From the NCBI RefSeq assembly GCF_021028975.2, contig NC_059432.1:80848001-80912000 (forward strand): a DNA stretch of 64,000 nucleotides, written 5' to 3'. The translations under genes were made by a program, and so were the position numbers. Origin of the DNA: Sphaerodactylus townsendi. Taxonomy: Eukaryota. The notes under the pieces were generated by a model. It was given only the letters and a program-made list of their open reading frames with translations. It was not told where the DNA came from and made no database searches. Shown here piece by piece: positions 12,106 to 24,194 of this stretch; position 1 is the first letter of the stretch; every line of letters begins with the position of its first letter.

Positions 12106-12714
12106 GACTCCACCGTGAGGGCCCTGTCCTCCCCAGGCTCCATCCCCAAAACTCTAGGAATTTCATAACCTGTATCTGGCATCTCTATCCCCACCTTTCC
12201 CCTCTGGTAGCCAGTGTCAACTGTAGGGTTTAAACCAATTGCTCTACACAGGTATCACTCTAAATTTCATGTTCCTGGCAAAGATGTTCCTCTTTCATTA
12301 TCCAGAGAGAGTTCCTTGCTTATTGTGAAAGCACTCTGAGTTTTCCCCCCACACACCAAATACATATTTTCTGCATACAAACTGTGAAAGGACCATAGGA
12401 TGCTCAAGGCTCTGTCTAGGCTCAACTTAAATGTGACACTGATAGGGAAAAGAAATGACCCCTGTTGGGTTGAATGCCCCAAGTAATTTGTTTAAAGTGG
12501 ACCCTCAGCTGCAGTGCTTGTAGTGTTAGAATGCCACAGAATTGCACCCTAGGCATGGTTTGCATTGCCCTGCTGATGTTGCATACCCACAGCGGCTCAG
12601 TTTCAATGTGGCTGGGTGCAAACATCAACATGCACAGAGAGACCCTGGTTCTCCTACTCCCAATGTTTCAGGCCACATCTGGTTATTCTTCAGGATGAGG
12701 TTTAAAGTGGTGGC

Positions 12715-12800
12715 TTCACACACTCCTCTGCGAACGCTTGCCCAGGGATGGCGTTTTTGCCACTCCTGGGGCTCTGTATTCTGGCCGTGCGGAAAGGGCC
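12715..12800 (+). mobile_element. right end of the same Harbinger-type MITE family as 18855-19367
   Basis: GGCGTTTTTGCCA...CCGTGCGGAAAGGGCC aligns with 19290-19367. Confidence 0.75.
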
Positions 12801-14659
12801 TGTATTATATATACCCTCATAAAGAGATGGTTTGCCAGGCCATTATATGCTGAAAAGACATATTCAGATAAATAAATAAAAAAATACTCAGAGGAAGATG
12901 TTAAATGCATTCAACAATGGGGTAAAAGAATGTGTTCGATCACTTTGGTGATCAGTAGAGTGTCCTGTTTTCTAAGGAGTCAGTGCAAGTACACCGTCTA
13001 TGGTAGCTTAACATCGGCAGAACTTCTGCTGTTTTCAGCACTTCAGGCTACTTTCATTGCCACCAGAACAGGTTAGTCTTTTTCCCAATCTATTGGCAGT
13101 CCTAATGGGCAGTTTGACTTGAAAGAAGCTTTGCTGTTTGAAAGAACAGTGACTTTTCCTGAGTTATATTTTATGACTGTTGCATCTAAAAGTCCTTCTA
13201 CCTCGCTCTCGATCGTTTTGGGGGGGGCGGGGGGAGTCAAGATGAAAGAATTTAAAATAAACAAATGAATAAATTGTTGGTTTCAGTTCAATCACATGCC
13301 AAGTTTTTTTCCCTTATAGGTCAACTGATATCAGTGGGCTTGGACTGGAGTGACTCTACCTAGGACTCCCCCTTTGAGCAATTTCAATCTGTTTGCGTCA
13401 GATTTTCTCTCTGAATGTGTCAACTTTATTTAAATATCAATACATAACATTGTAGATCTATTGTACATACCAATGATGTGTATTGTCCATATAAAGTCTG
13501 CATAGACATAAAGGGCAGTGTCAGTGATTCTGGGACCCTGGACAAAAAAAAACATAAGGCCCCAAAATTACTACCACCTGACACCCCCTTCCTCCATCAA
13601 GCCACCGCTGCACCTACCCCCTACTACCAAGGTCCAAGCAAGGTGCAGTCCTTGTCCCATGTGAGGTGGGTGGGAACTGCTGCCATCACCAGAAGTAGAT
13701 CAGATGTGGCAAATGCAAGTGGCCACTCCTCTACTAAGCTGGCTGCCATCTGCCAAACCTCCTAGGAGAAAAGTCCTTCTTTTTTGGGTGGATTCTCTGA
13801 GGGCTTCATCCTAATGTTGTGCCTTTTGGCTTTTGCAAGGCCAAAAGGTCTGTGGCAGAATAACACAACTGCTGTTGCATTCCCTTTGCTCATACTTAAA
13901 ATGAATAATGCATACTCAGAATCATGTATGCAGTCCTCCTGTGTCACATCCTTTCCCTTTTTCTAGGTTTAACATAACTCAGAGGCACATTTCTCACTTC
14001 CTGTCATGGCCAAGGAGCTGCAGGAAAGCCCTTACAGCCAGTCAGCCTCACTTGGCCTGGCCTTTTTTGCTACAGAAGCAGGATCAAGCAGCCCAAGTTA
14101 CAAGCAGGGTTAAATGTCAGCCATGCAAAAGAAAATTAATCTTATCTGTCACTGCAGCTGTTTCACATAATTTTCACTTAATAGCTGCAAATATCAGGTA
14201 TCATGTGAATGTACAACAAAAAGAGAAGGGAGCAAGATATTTAAAAATACTTAATGAGATGAATCAAGGTTAGCTTTTATGTGGAATCCATGCATCACTT
14301 AACTCAAAAGCAGAACTTTTAAGCCTGTATTCACCAGTAAAGGTTTATTAGTACTAGGTGAATTTTAAGAATGACAAAGATGACAGTCCTTTGGCTTTAA
14401 TAAGAAAATGGGCATAGGGAAATGGCTCAAATCAGAACAGATGAGACCTGTGCACATTTCATACCATATGCCTATGTATGCACATGTTGATCATCTGCTC
14501 CCTAGAAAGTTTCTTTTCATTTTTACTCCAATAAAGAAGTCATTTCTATGAGGCAGTCTTCTAATCTGAAGCAAAAGCATTACAGTTTGCTCTTATTTTA
14601 AAAATAAAAATGTATTTCAAATAAAGCACTGATAAAACTTTCATTGTGATCTATGATAG

Positions 14660-15187
14660 GGGCCCATGCTGCACAAGACATTGAAACCGTTTTGAAAACA
14701 ATTGCAAAACATTTGCAAAATGTTTTCAATCTCCCCACCCCCTCACTTTATTTGCACTTATTTGCACATTCTGGGTTTTTTAAAAAAAAGATATGTGGGT
14801 CCAGTGCTATGAAGCTTCAATGCTATGAAGCTTCAACACCTCGTGCTGCGATTATCTAGAGGTCATGTCTTTCAAGCTACAGAAACATAATTCCCCCCCC
14901 CAAAGATTTCTTTAAAATCAGCAGCATGAGATGGTTGGCACAAGCTCAGAAAATGGTGCTGATGAGGAAGTCCAGGAGGCGTGGGAAATGTCTTAAAGAG
15001 CTCCCACAGCAAGTGAAAATGTTTTCACGACATTTTCAGAAAAAGAATATCTAGGGAACAGGATGCAAATAGAATGTTTTGAGGCTATAAATAAAACATT
15101 CTGGGTTAAAAACATGGCGGAAGTCCCTAGAGGAAATGTTTTATTTCCTGCTTCAAAGTGTTTTACTTGGGTTGTGCAGAATGGACC
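14660..15187. mobile_element. AT-rich Harbinger-type MITE (family also at 55196-56077 and 60600-61010)
   Basis: Ends GGCCCATGCTGCACA / TGTGCAGAATGGACC; repeated AAAACATTT/AAATGTTTT motifs; sub-terminal sequence aligns between the three copies. Confidence 0.65.
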
Positions 15188-16308
15188 ACTGATTCATTTT
15201 AGTTCAATTATCTGAATTTATTAATTCAGTGATCTGAATTTACAACCATTTATTGCAGTATGTTACTTTCTCTTCAGCCGATATTCAGCAGCCAATTAAC
15301 ACGCCCTGGCAACTGAGCTCCGATGCAGCAAACTTCCTTGTACAAGTTACCACACATGGTGGTGCATAGCAAAGTTCTTTGTACTGATATACAAGGAAAT
15401 TGCCATGTGCCTCCTGCTTTTGCTCTCGGCTTTCCCTGCAGAAATCAAAAGCCCTTCAGGCACACACCTGATGCCGTGGCAGGGCAGAGACGAGGTAAGC
15501 TCCCCCCGTTCATAATTGACCGAATAGTCTCCTCTAGGCTTGGGGATTCGGGTATCCCAAATCACCAAAAATGGCCGAATCGCAGCCTATTTGGGCATTC
15601 AGACCACATTCGGCCCGAATACAATATGGAAGTTTGTGGAAGGTATCTTCTCTGAAAGTGACACAGACTTTCTAGGCTGTTTCTCTATAAGGGGCACTGT
15701 AATTCACTCTGTATGGTTTCTTTATGAATGGTATCTTCAAATGTTCTTTGTTGCTGTGCAGTGTAATGATTCTGCAATTTTGTCAACATCATTGCAAATA
15801 TGTACTGAGGAGGCCGCGTAATCCATAGTGAACCATGGCAAGCAAATAGATTGCTATGTGGTGATAACCAGATGCATGTAACAAGCTGTGAGCACAAGAC
15901 TGTGAGCACAAGACTGAAGTTTAGATGCAGGTGTATAAGCTTAATAGAACGGCTCTCGCTGAATTTCAAGTACTTGGAGACAACTGGTGTGTGACAGTAC
16001 TGCTCAAGGAAGTATACACTCAGCAGTGCTAAACCAGTCAACTTGTCAATTTATCTCTGATGTGTTCATAGGAAAATCTTAATGAAACTGTTGGCTTCGT
16101 TTGTAAAACTGAATGACAGCAGAGTGCTCTTTTGTTGCGTCAGATATTTGGCAAGATGAAGTTTTAAATGTAAAGTCTATTGGAAGTGGGAGGCATTGAA
16201 AAAAGGATTGTTTTGCTAATGGATTTTTTCACATATATATGAGAAACCAATGAAACCGCTAGAGAAACATTCTCAGTTGCATCCCACAGATTTGCTCTGG
16301 CAGATTTG

Positions 16309-16386
16309 CCAATTGGCCATGCTGGCAGGGGCTGATGGGAATTGTAGTCCATAAACATCTGGAGAGCCGCAGGTTGCAGACCCCTG
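16309..16386. mobile_element. hAT-type palindromic MITE, right arm only
   Basis: GGGGCTGATGGGAATTGTAGTCC...CTGGAGAGCCGCAGGTTGCAGACCCCTG matches the right arm of 16889-17026. Confidence 0.8.
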
Positions 16387-16888
16387 ATCTAACCCAATGT
16401 ATGTAAGATATTACTTGGTACACGTGTGGCTTGTTCAGCAGTATCTATTATCACCATTAAGCTAACAAAAACACCCATGTGAGAAACATTAAAGTAACAT
16501 GGGAGGAAGAAAGCTTAGAACTGGGTCTAAGCCTTGGCATGTGTCTGTTTCTTATCCCTGAGCATGTGCTATGCTGCAGAAACCATTGTTTGCAATATCT
16601 CATATATAGTTGCAAGGTTAGAAGAACTAGCCTTTATTTTTAGCAGAGGAACTGAGTGGGAGTAATTCATGTGTGTAGAATTCATATAAATAAAATAGTT
16701 ATGTAACTCACATACATACACACACACACACGTCTACCCTTGAACATTTAATCTGAAACCCTTGGGAAATTCTTCTCATACCTGATGCTTTCTCTAAGTG
16801 GCAACCCTATATCTGAACTTTGAAGACAATATGCATACTAGCTTGATTACTACTCCAGTTGGCTGCAATGTGTTCTGTTCTTCTATGC

Positions 16889-17026
16889 CAGGGGTTTGCA
16901 ACCTGCGGCTGTCCAGATGTTCATGGACTAAAATTCCCATCAGCCCTGCCACTTGTCCATGCTGACAGGGGCTGATGGGAATTGCAGTCCACGGAGATCT
17001 GGAGAGCCACAGGTTGCAGACCACTG
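16889..17026. mobile_element. hAT-type palindromic MITE (138 bp)
   Basis: Whole element is an imperfect hairpin CAGGGG...CCACTG; perfect 8-bp TSD TTCTATGC (16881-16888 / 17027-17034). Confidence 0.92.
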
Positions 17027-18854
17027 TTCTATGCTTTAGTATTGCGTCCTCCCACGTGTTTCCCAGGAATAACAAGGAACTGCGGAATGTTCAAGAAACC
17101 ACAGCACACTGATCTCGCTTTCTAGATTTTTTCACATTTCAAGAAGCATAATAAAGCATTTCAAATAGCACTTCTGACATCTTTTTAATTTAGAAGCACA
17201 GTTGAGCATAAACCAGAACTGTGAGGAAGCTCCTATATGGGAGCGTCCAAAGATGATTGATTTTTACTATCAGCTTTTTCTTGCACTAATTCAGTTTACC
17301 ATTCTTTAACAATCCTTGTTCCCTGCCTCACATCACCAAACCAATGTTGTTTCTCCATTCATCCCACTGTGCCAAGTATTCACTATTTTTAAGGCACATG
17401 CCTTTTATTTTATTTTAATTTTTTATTTGTTCCATTTATACCCCACCCTACATCAAAGTCCCAGGGCAACTTACATAATGGGATTAAAAGCCCCGTTAAA
17501 ACATTACAATCCTAAAAACATAAAACATAAAAAATGGTGTCCAAGTAAGAGATCCATTCAAAATCCATAATTTTAAATTAGCAGAAACAGTTTGATTGGG
17601 ATCCACTGAAAATTTCTATTAAATTATTATAACAGACTTCTAATGGAAGGTTTAACTGGACAGCATTATTATCAAGAATAATACACAAATTAAAATCTTT
17701 CTGTCAAAAGTTGCACAATTTAGATTTGAATGAGAATGCCTGGTAGTCTCTCATTACAGTTTCAGTAACCAAAAGACTTATGGCAATTAAATGTTATATT
17801 CCAAAAACAGATTCAGCAAAACCAAATTACTTCCTGCTGGCAGACAAGTAATGTAACTGTTTTGGGGGGCTCAGGAATCGTTTAATCTTTTTTGCTTTGG
17901 GAGATAAAGCATGGATTGAATATATAGGAAACACTAAATAGTGGATTTAGACAAGTGGAAAACAGTTCAGCAGTGTATTTTCCTTCCCCCCCATCCTCCT
18001 CTATGAAAAACAGAGTGAGGGTTGACCTGGAATTAAGGTTTCAGATGTAGAATCATGCCGTAAGAGAGCTTTGTCAACAATAATAACATTGCTAGCGTTA
18101 GATCCAAACCATGCTCACAAGAATAAAGGTATATTTGGATTGAGCCCCATGGTTTGATTACATCCCTAGTAGCATAGATCCCACCTAAGCTTTCTGAAGA
18201 TGGAAGGATTTCTGTCATCAGAAGCATGATTTCCCCATTTCCCCCTCTTATTGCCACGGGAAATACAACCCTGCCCCCCCCCCCCCACACACACACACTC
18301 TACTCTTAGGGGAGAGAGGATTTCCAGGAATTACTAAGGGGATCAGAGGTTTGTCTTAGGAGGGGAGAATTGGTGAAAATCATTCCCGTGTGCATCTAAA
18401 AAAATTATGTGGGATTCAATCTAGTGTGTGTATTGTGACCTTACTGGCTGCAACAAAAAGGTGATAGAGTTTGAACATTTTTTGTTATCTCCTATAGGGA
18501 TTTTTGCCAGATGTTTGGGTGGGGGTGTTTTTGGGCTTTCCCCGCTGAAAATCTAACATAAATATTTGTGCTAGATATTTGCAATAATTTTCATCCCATG
18601 ATTCCAATTCTCAAAGGAAATAATGCATTAGAATATATTTTTCACATTTGAATCATAAAACTGATTGTTTAACTTCATTTCACTGTCTCATTGTTAAAGT
18701 AAGCTATGTTTCAAACAAATCTTCAAACAAATAAATCAATGATAAAAGTAAAGGAATATGACCTACTAGCCATATGACCTACTAGTAATAATAATTTATG
18801 TGGTATTTATGTCAAGGTGTTCTAAACACACAATATGTCATTTGCTTTATCAAA

Positions 18855-19367
18855 GGCCCTTTCCGCACGGAGGCGGAAGGGCTTGGGTCGGCGTTACTGA
18901 CGCCGACCCGACGACGCCGGGACCGTCCGCATGGACGGTCCCAGAAAGAACCGGGAAGACAGCGCCATTGCCCGGTGGACTTACCTGCTCTCCGGCCCTC
19001 CGGCGCGTCGCCGGGGCCTGGGGACACGCCTCCCCTGCCCTGCGCGCCTGCTTCAGCGTCGCAGAGCAGGGGGGCGTGTCCCCAGGCCTCGGCGACGCGC
19101 CGGAGGGCCGGAGAGCAGGTAAGTGGAGGGAGGGAGTGGGGGGGAAGCGCCTGGAAGCCGCTGCCGTTCGCACGGCAGCGGCTTCCAGCCGGCGTTTCCA
19201 AGAAAGTGCGCTTCCCAGCGCACTCTGGAAATGCCGGCTTGGCGCCGGTCGGGCGGCGCGAGGGTGGCACGCCTGCGCTGCAGCTGCGCCCCCTGTGCGA
19301 ATGGCGGCCTGGGGACGGCGTTTTTGCCATCCCCAGGCCGCCATATTCCGCCCGTGCGGAAAGGGCC
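18855..19367. mobile_element. young CpG-rich PIF/Harbinger-type MITE (513 bp) with internal hairpin
   Basis: Perfect 16-bp TIR GGCCCTTTCCGCACGG, 3-bp TSD AAA, sharp GC/CpG contrast with the AT-rich flanks. Confidence 0.9.
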
Positions 19368-20517
19368 AAAGTCACATTTTAACATGCAGTTTAACAGCAC
19401 TAAGCATTTTTTTAGAAATGTCATTTTTCTGTACACTGTTGATTCAAATCCAGTTGTTAATTTTGTAATTTTTGAATGCTTTTTCATTTTAATCCAAAAT
19501 CAAATTTAGGTGTCAAAAGTGTATGTTGAGATAAACTTTAAAATATGTATAAATCTTAAAATTTGTCACAGACTCTTAAAGTTTATGATAAAACGCAATG
19601 CCTATAATATTAAAGGCATTTTTCTTCAAATTTTATCACTCACACACCTCTGTTATGAAAACACAATTGCCAATGTCCAGCACCAGAAATTCTTTCAGCT
19701 CCAGGACATCTTTGAGGTGTGTTTGTTTTAACAACTGCAGTTAGTTACTTAAAACATTCCAACGTATTCTCCAGCCCCACAAAGGCAAGAGTTATGTTTC
19801 ACAGATATTCTTTTGCAAGCATGATACTGTACTTAAGAATAGTACAAAGGAAATACTATAGCACTGACCAGCTTAGGTGTTTCCAGGGCTAATATTTTCA
19901 GCAGATGTTGGGAGAACCTTTCTTTTTTCCTTTCTTTCTTTTTCCTTTCTCTTTTCTTTCTTTTTTTGAAGTGTTATAGTGATGAATGCTACATTATTAC
20001 TTTGAAAGAGCGGATTGCCATGTGGGTTTTAAAATAAATATGAAATGCATGAAAAGTTTTCATGGAAAATTATCTGCCATCCAAATATTCAGCTTTGGGT
20101 AGCTTAATAACTTATCTTTGAAATCAGACTGTACAAATGGAATGTTTCTGTCATCCACTTATTACATAATATTTTGAACAAGTGTGTTAGCAGAAAGCTG
20201 TCAGTCCCTCCAATACAGCCCAAACTTGATGGGAGTTGCTTTTCCATGTACAGTGTCTGTGTGGCTGGGAGCTGATGATCAGTGAATCAGCCAGATGATC
20301 ATGAGTCCATCCCAAAGATCCAGCCATCTCAATGGAGAAAAGGCCTGTGCACTCATCCCACCCACATGGTCCATGGTCCATTCAGGCATAGCTCCCAGCT
20401 ACAACAGATCCTCTCACATAAAAAGCAGTTTTCTCTTGGTTGGAGCTATACTAAAAAACTCTTTCCTTAAGCCCAGATCAGGCTTCCAGACAGCCTGAAT
20501 CCAATTTAATAGTTTCT

Positions 20518-20604
20518 GTCAGCATGGGCCACTGGGCTGCTGGTAGGGGCTGATGGGAATTGTAGTTCCTGAACATCTGGAGAGCCGCAGGTTCCCTGCC
20601 CCTG
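20518..20604. mobile_element. hAT-type palindromic MITE, mainly right arm
   Basis: GGGGCTGATGGGAATTGTAGTTCCTGAACATCTGGAGAGCCGCAGGTTCCCTGCCCCTG followed by GTCTAGAT. Confidence 0.8.
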
Positions 20605-20844
20605 GTCTAGATGATATATTTGTCATATCAGGAATAACAAATGACTGATACAGAGATCCAGAAATTTTACGTTCACACATTACTTTGCTCATGTGAAGGT
20701 TGACCTATGAGTAAACATATCAATTAATCAATAGCTCCATCTTTTTTGCCCCTTTGATAACACCAGATTAATTGGTGGTAAGACCATCAAATGCTGTTTG
20801 GTCACTTTCAGTCTTAAGATTAATAGCCAAACATCATTTTACAA

Positions 20845-21190
20845 CCAGTTTCTCAGCCCTGGCCCCTGCCTAATGGAATGCTCTGTCAAATGAGATCAGG
20901 GTCCTATGGGACTTACCACAGTTCCTCAGGGCCTGTAAGACAGAGCTAGTCCACCAGGCCTAAGGTTAAGGACCGTGAACAGCAACATCCCGCCCCTCCC
21001 TTCCCCGCCTTCCCTATCTTATTTCCTTCCACTTTTCCTCCTTTCTCCCCAAGCCACAATGAATGGAGTTTTAGGTATGGTTTTATCATCCTTCCCCTTA
21101 GGATGTTATACTATAAATATGATTTTAATGTACTTGTTATGTTTTTATGTTGTACGACATCCTGAGCCCACATGGAGAAGGGAGTCTTAA
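20845..21190 (+). mobile_element. L2 LINE 3' terminal fragment
   Basis: SALAP..WNAL...IR....LPQF.RACKTEL-like ORF2 end, then a T-rich 3' UTR ending CCTGAGCCC..GGAGAAGG. Confidence 0.6.
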
Positions 21191-21324
21191 CAACAACCAC
21201 CATCAAAAAAGACTTCCTGTATCAAAAAGCCCACACCAAACTTCAGGGACTAGATCTAATTTGATTTCAGTGTCATAAGCATGCTTAGAGTTTATTAGTA
21301 CCCGATGTATTTAATAGGAGGGAA

Positions 21325-21490
21325 GGTGGCATGGTATATCCTGATCTTATCAGATCTCAGAAGCCAAGCAATGCTGTTACTTGGAAGGGAGACCACCAAG
21401 AAAGACTGCAGAGGAAGGCAATAGCAAACTACCTCTGTTTTTTACTTGCCTTGAAAGCTCCTTGTTGGAGTTGCTGTGTGTCAGCACTTA
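21325..21490 (+). mobile_element. 5S rRNA-headed SINE (5S-Sauria-like) with RTE/BovB-like tail
   Basis: CCTGATCTTATCAGATCTCAGAAGCCAAGCA...TACTTGGAAGGGAGACCACC resembles 5S rRNA boxes A/C; then GAGGAAGGCAATAGCAAACTACCTCTG...TTGCCTTGAAA. Confidence 0.72.
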
Positions 21491-23069
21491 AATAAACAGT
21501 TATGGATTTAGCAGTACTGTGGGTTTTGCCTCATCTAGCCAACTGTGACATACATAGTGCACTTGTCCCCAGGTTATTGGGGAAAGTTTCCCAGACTTTT
21601 TCTAGGCATTACAGAAACATTAAGTAAAAAATTTGCCTGATTTCACATTTGCAAACATAGCAACTTTTTAAACAAATTATGTCAGCCAACCTTATGATTC
21701 TGCTGGTTGCATGTTTCACTGCATTGCTCTCAATTCTTGTATTACTACTTTTTCTGTGATGTGGCCTCTATGCATTGTGCTGCATTGATTTTGGTTGTAA
21801 TCTGTTTTGAGTCTCAGTGAAAAAATAACTGATTATAAATGAAGTAAATAAATACAATGAAATAGCCATATCCAGTGAACACAAATAAAAACATATCCAA
21901 GGTTGGAAAGGAAAGCACATAATTCTAGGACAGCCACAAATTTGCTCATTGACTTCAGTGGATTTGGGTGGGATTGCTCTGTCAATTTTGTGACTCCTCT
22001 GGTTCAATTCAAAAGTTCAAGTTGCAGGCAAAGAAAGGTTTTTCATAACACCTGCTACCTGCCAGCCTTTAAATGCAAGTATCAGAGACTGAACCTAAGA
22101 TTTTTTGCTCTAACTCCTGGCTCTTCTGACACATATAGCCCATTGCTGTTTCTTTCTGTTTTTGTTACTCAGTTGTTAACTCCGAATTTACGCCATTTAT
22201 TATCTTGTGACTGTGTATAAAACTTTGTATTTAAAAGGTTAATAAGTTCTCAAAACTGAGAATTTGTAAAGAATTTGTTAAAATGGTGGTTCTTAATAAT
22301 CCATTGGAATTAAGCTCATTTTTTTTAAAATCTAAGACTAAATTATCAAATCAATTCCACGGCAGATATTTTACAAAATTTGTTTTGCAGAAACAAGAAT
22401 CTACTTCACTTAGGGGAAGGTAGTTTATTCACAGAAAGTAAACAGAAAGTTAATTCACATCACCTTTTCGTAAATGAATTCTGAAGTAAATATTCCCCTG
22501 TGTTTTCTTTCCTGTCATTTATTTCCTCCAATTGAGTATCTTCAGAACATGATACTTCTCAAGAGTTGTACTTTGTTTACTGACTTGTTATCTGAGGTTT
22601 TTCAGTGCACAGGACTGCAAAGTGCATGATGATGGCATGTTAGATAAACAAGGAAATCAAAGACCATCATTAAAAAAGGTCAACAAGGCCAATGGTAAGC
22701 CAAGTAGTTTAATTAAAGTCTGCCTAGGCTGTTTAAAAAATGACCAGACATATTGGTGGCCCATTGTAGGCACACATGCCGGAAGGAAAGTCATATTATT
22801 TAACTATAGCAAAAACAGAGCAAGGTTCCATGCACCTTAGCAAAAACAAGGTTCCACGCACCTTAAAGAACTTAAACAACTGTAGTGTGACAAACTTTTA
22901 TGGGACATTGCTTGTTTTGTCAGGTGCATAAAATATTCTCACCAGTTGACAGGCAGATTCTTAGCAGCAGAAAGTCTTTGAATCCTATCTGAGAACTGCA
23001 TCCGCACACCATGCCATCCAACAGTCAGTGGACTTAGAAGGATATAATTCTGCTTAGCATGCCATCAGT

Positions 23070-23730
23070 AGAACATAAGAGCATAAGAACATAAGAACAA
23101 GCCAGCTGGATCAGACCAGAGTCCCATCTAGTCCAGCTCTCTGCTACTCGCAGTGGCCCACCAGGTGCCTTTGGGAGCTCATATGCAGGATGTGAAAGCA
23201 ATGGCCTTCTGCAGCTGTTTCTCCAGTGGTGGGATCCAACCAGTTCTCACCCAACCATCTAGAAGTGGTTACTAATTTCTTCTGAGTGCCGAGAAGGGGT
23301 TACTAAAGCAACCTCCCTGCCCAATAAGGACTGGAGTTATGTGTGTGTGTGGACGGGCCGCACCGTTCTGAATACCACCTACCATCGGAACTCTGTTATT
23401 AAAATTTTGATCCCACCCACTGTGTTGTTCTAAGCACCTGGTTCAGCTATGGCATTTGCAATCTCAGATCAAAGAGGATCAAGATTGCAGCCATAAATCG
23501 ACTTCTCCTCCATACATCTATCCAAGCCTCCTTTTTTTAAAGCTATCCAGGTTAGTGGCCATCACCACTTCCTCCTGTGGCAGCATATTCCAAACACCAA
23601 CAACACGCTAAGTGAAGAAGTGTTTCCTTTATTAATGTCCTAATTTCCCCCCAGCATTTTTAATGAATGCCCCCTGGTTCTAGGATTGTGAGAAAGAGAG
23701 AAAAATTTATCTCTGTCAACATTTTCTACA
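23070..23730 (-). mobile_element. CR1 LINE 3' end (same subfamily as 6385-6810), interrupted by a MITE
   Basis: (CATAAGAA)n tail and reverse-complement similarity to the copy at 6385-6810. Confidence 0.9.
23224..23422. mobile_element. hAT-type MITE nested in the CR1 3' UTR
   Basis: TIRs CAGTGGTGGGATC / GATCCCACCCACTG; 8-bp flanks TGTTTCTC / TGTTGTTC. Confidence 0.75.
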
Positions 23731-24194
23731 TGGTGATATGGATGGCGAAAATCCATTGTAAGTCTGTAGGGTGTAGGGTTACACATTTTTGTTTCTTCGG
23801 TTTCTTTGGAAACTCAAACAGGGAAAATAGTTGTCAATAATATCAGGTGTTGGCTTAACGCCGGGCATGTCACCCCAAACAGTTGCCACAATACCTTTGG
23901 CAACGTATTATAGATTCACTCATCATTTGTTAGGACCTAAGTTCAAATCCCTTAATCTAATTTTGCTGGCTGACCATGGGTCAATCACTCTAGCACACGC
24001 CTCATAGGATTTAAAGGATACAATAGAGGAGAAATAGAGGAGATGTCCAGAGGTAAATAGTGGAGGCAAAAGGCCATCAGATGCAAGAGGCAAGAATACT
24101 GCTGTTATTTCTGTGTAGAACTCAAATATATACAAGGCACATAAAGAATGATCCTTTCATAACAGGAGTCACTGCTATACTATGTCAACAAGTG

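Noticed and set aside
18798-19509. Cluster of long overlapping ORFs (up to 222 aa) on both strands; apparent CpG-island gene
   Set aside because: Explained by a GC-rich, stop-poor palindromic MITE with TIRs and TSD; mirrored peptides arise from the hairpin.
21335-21400. 5S rRNA gene
   Set aside because: Partial, internally deleted and fused to a retroposon tail, so a SINE.
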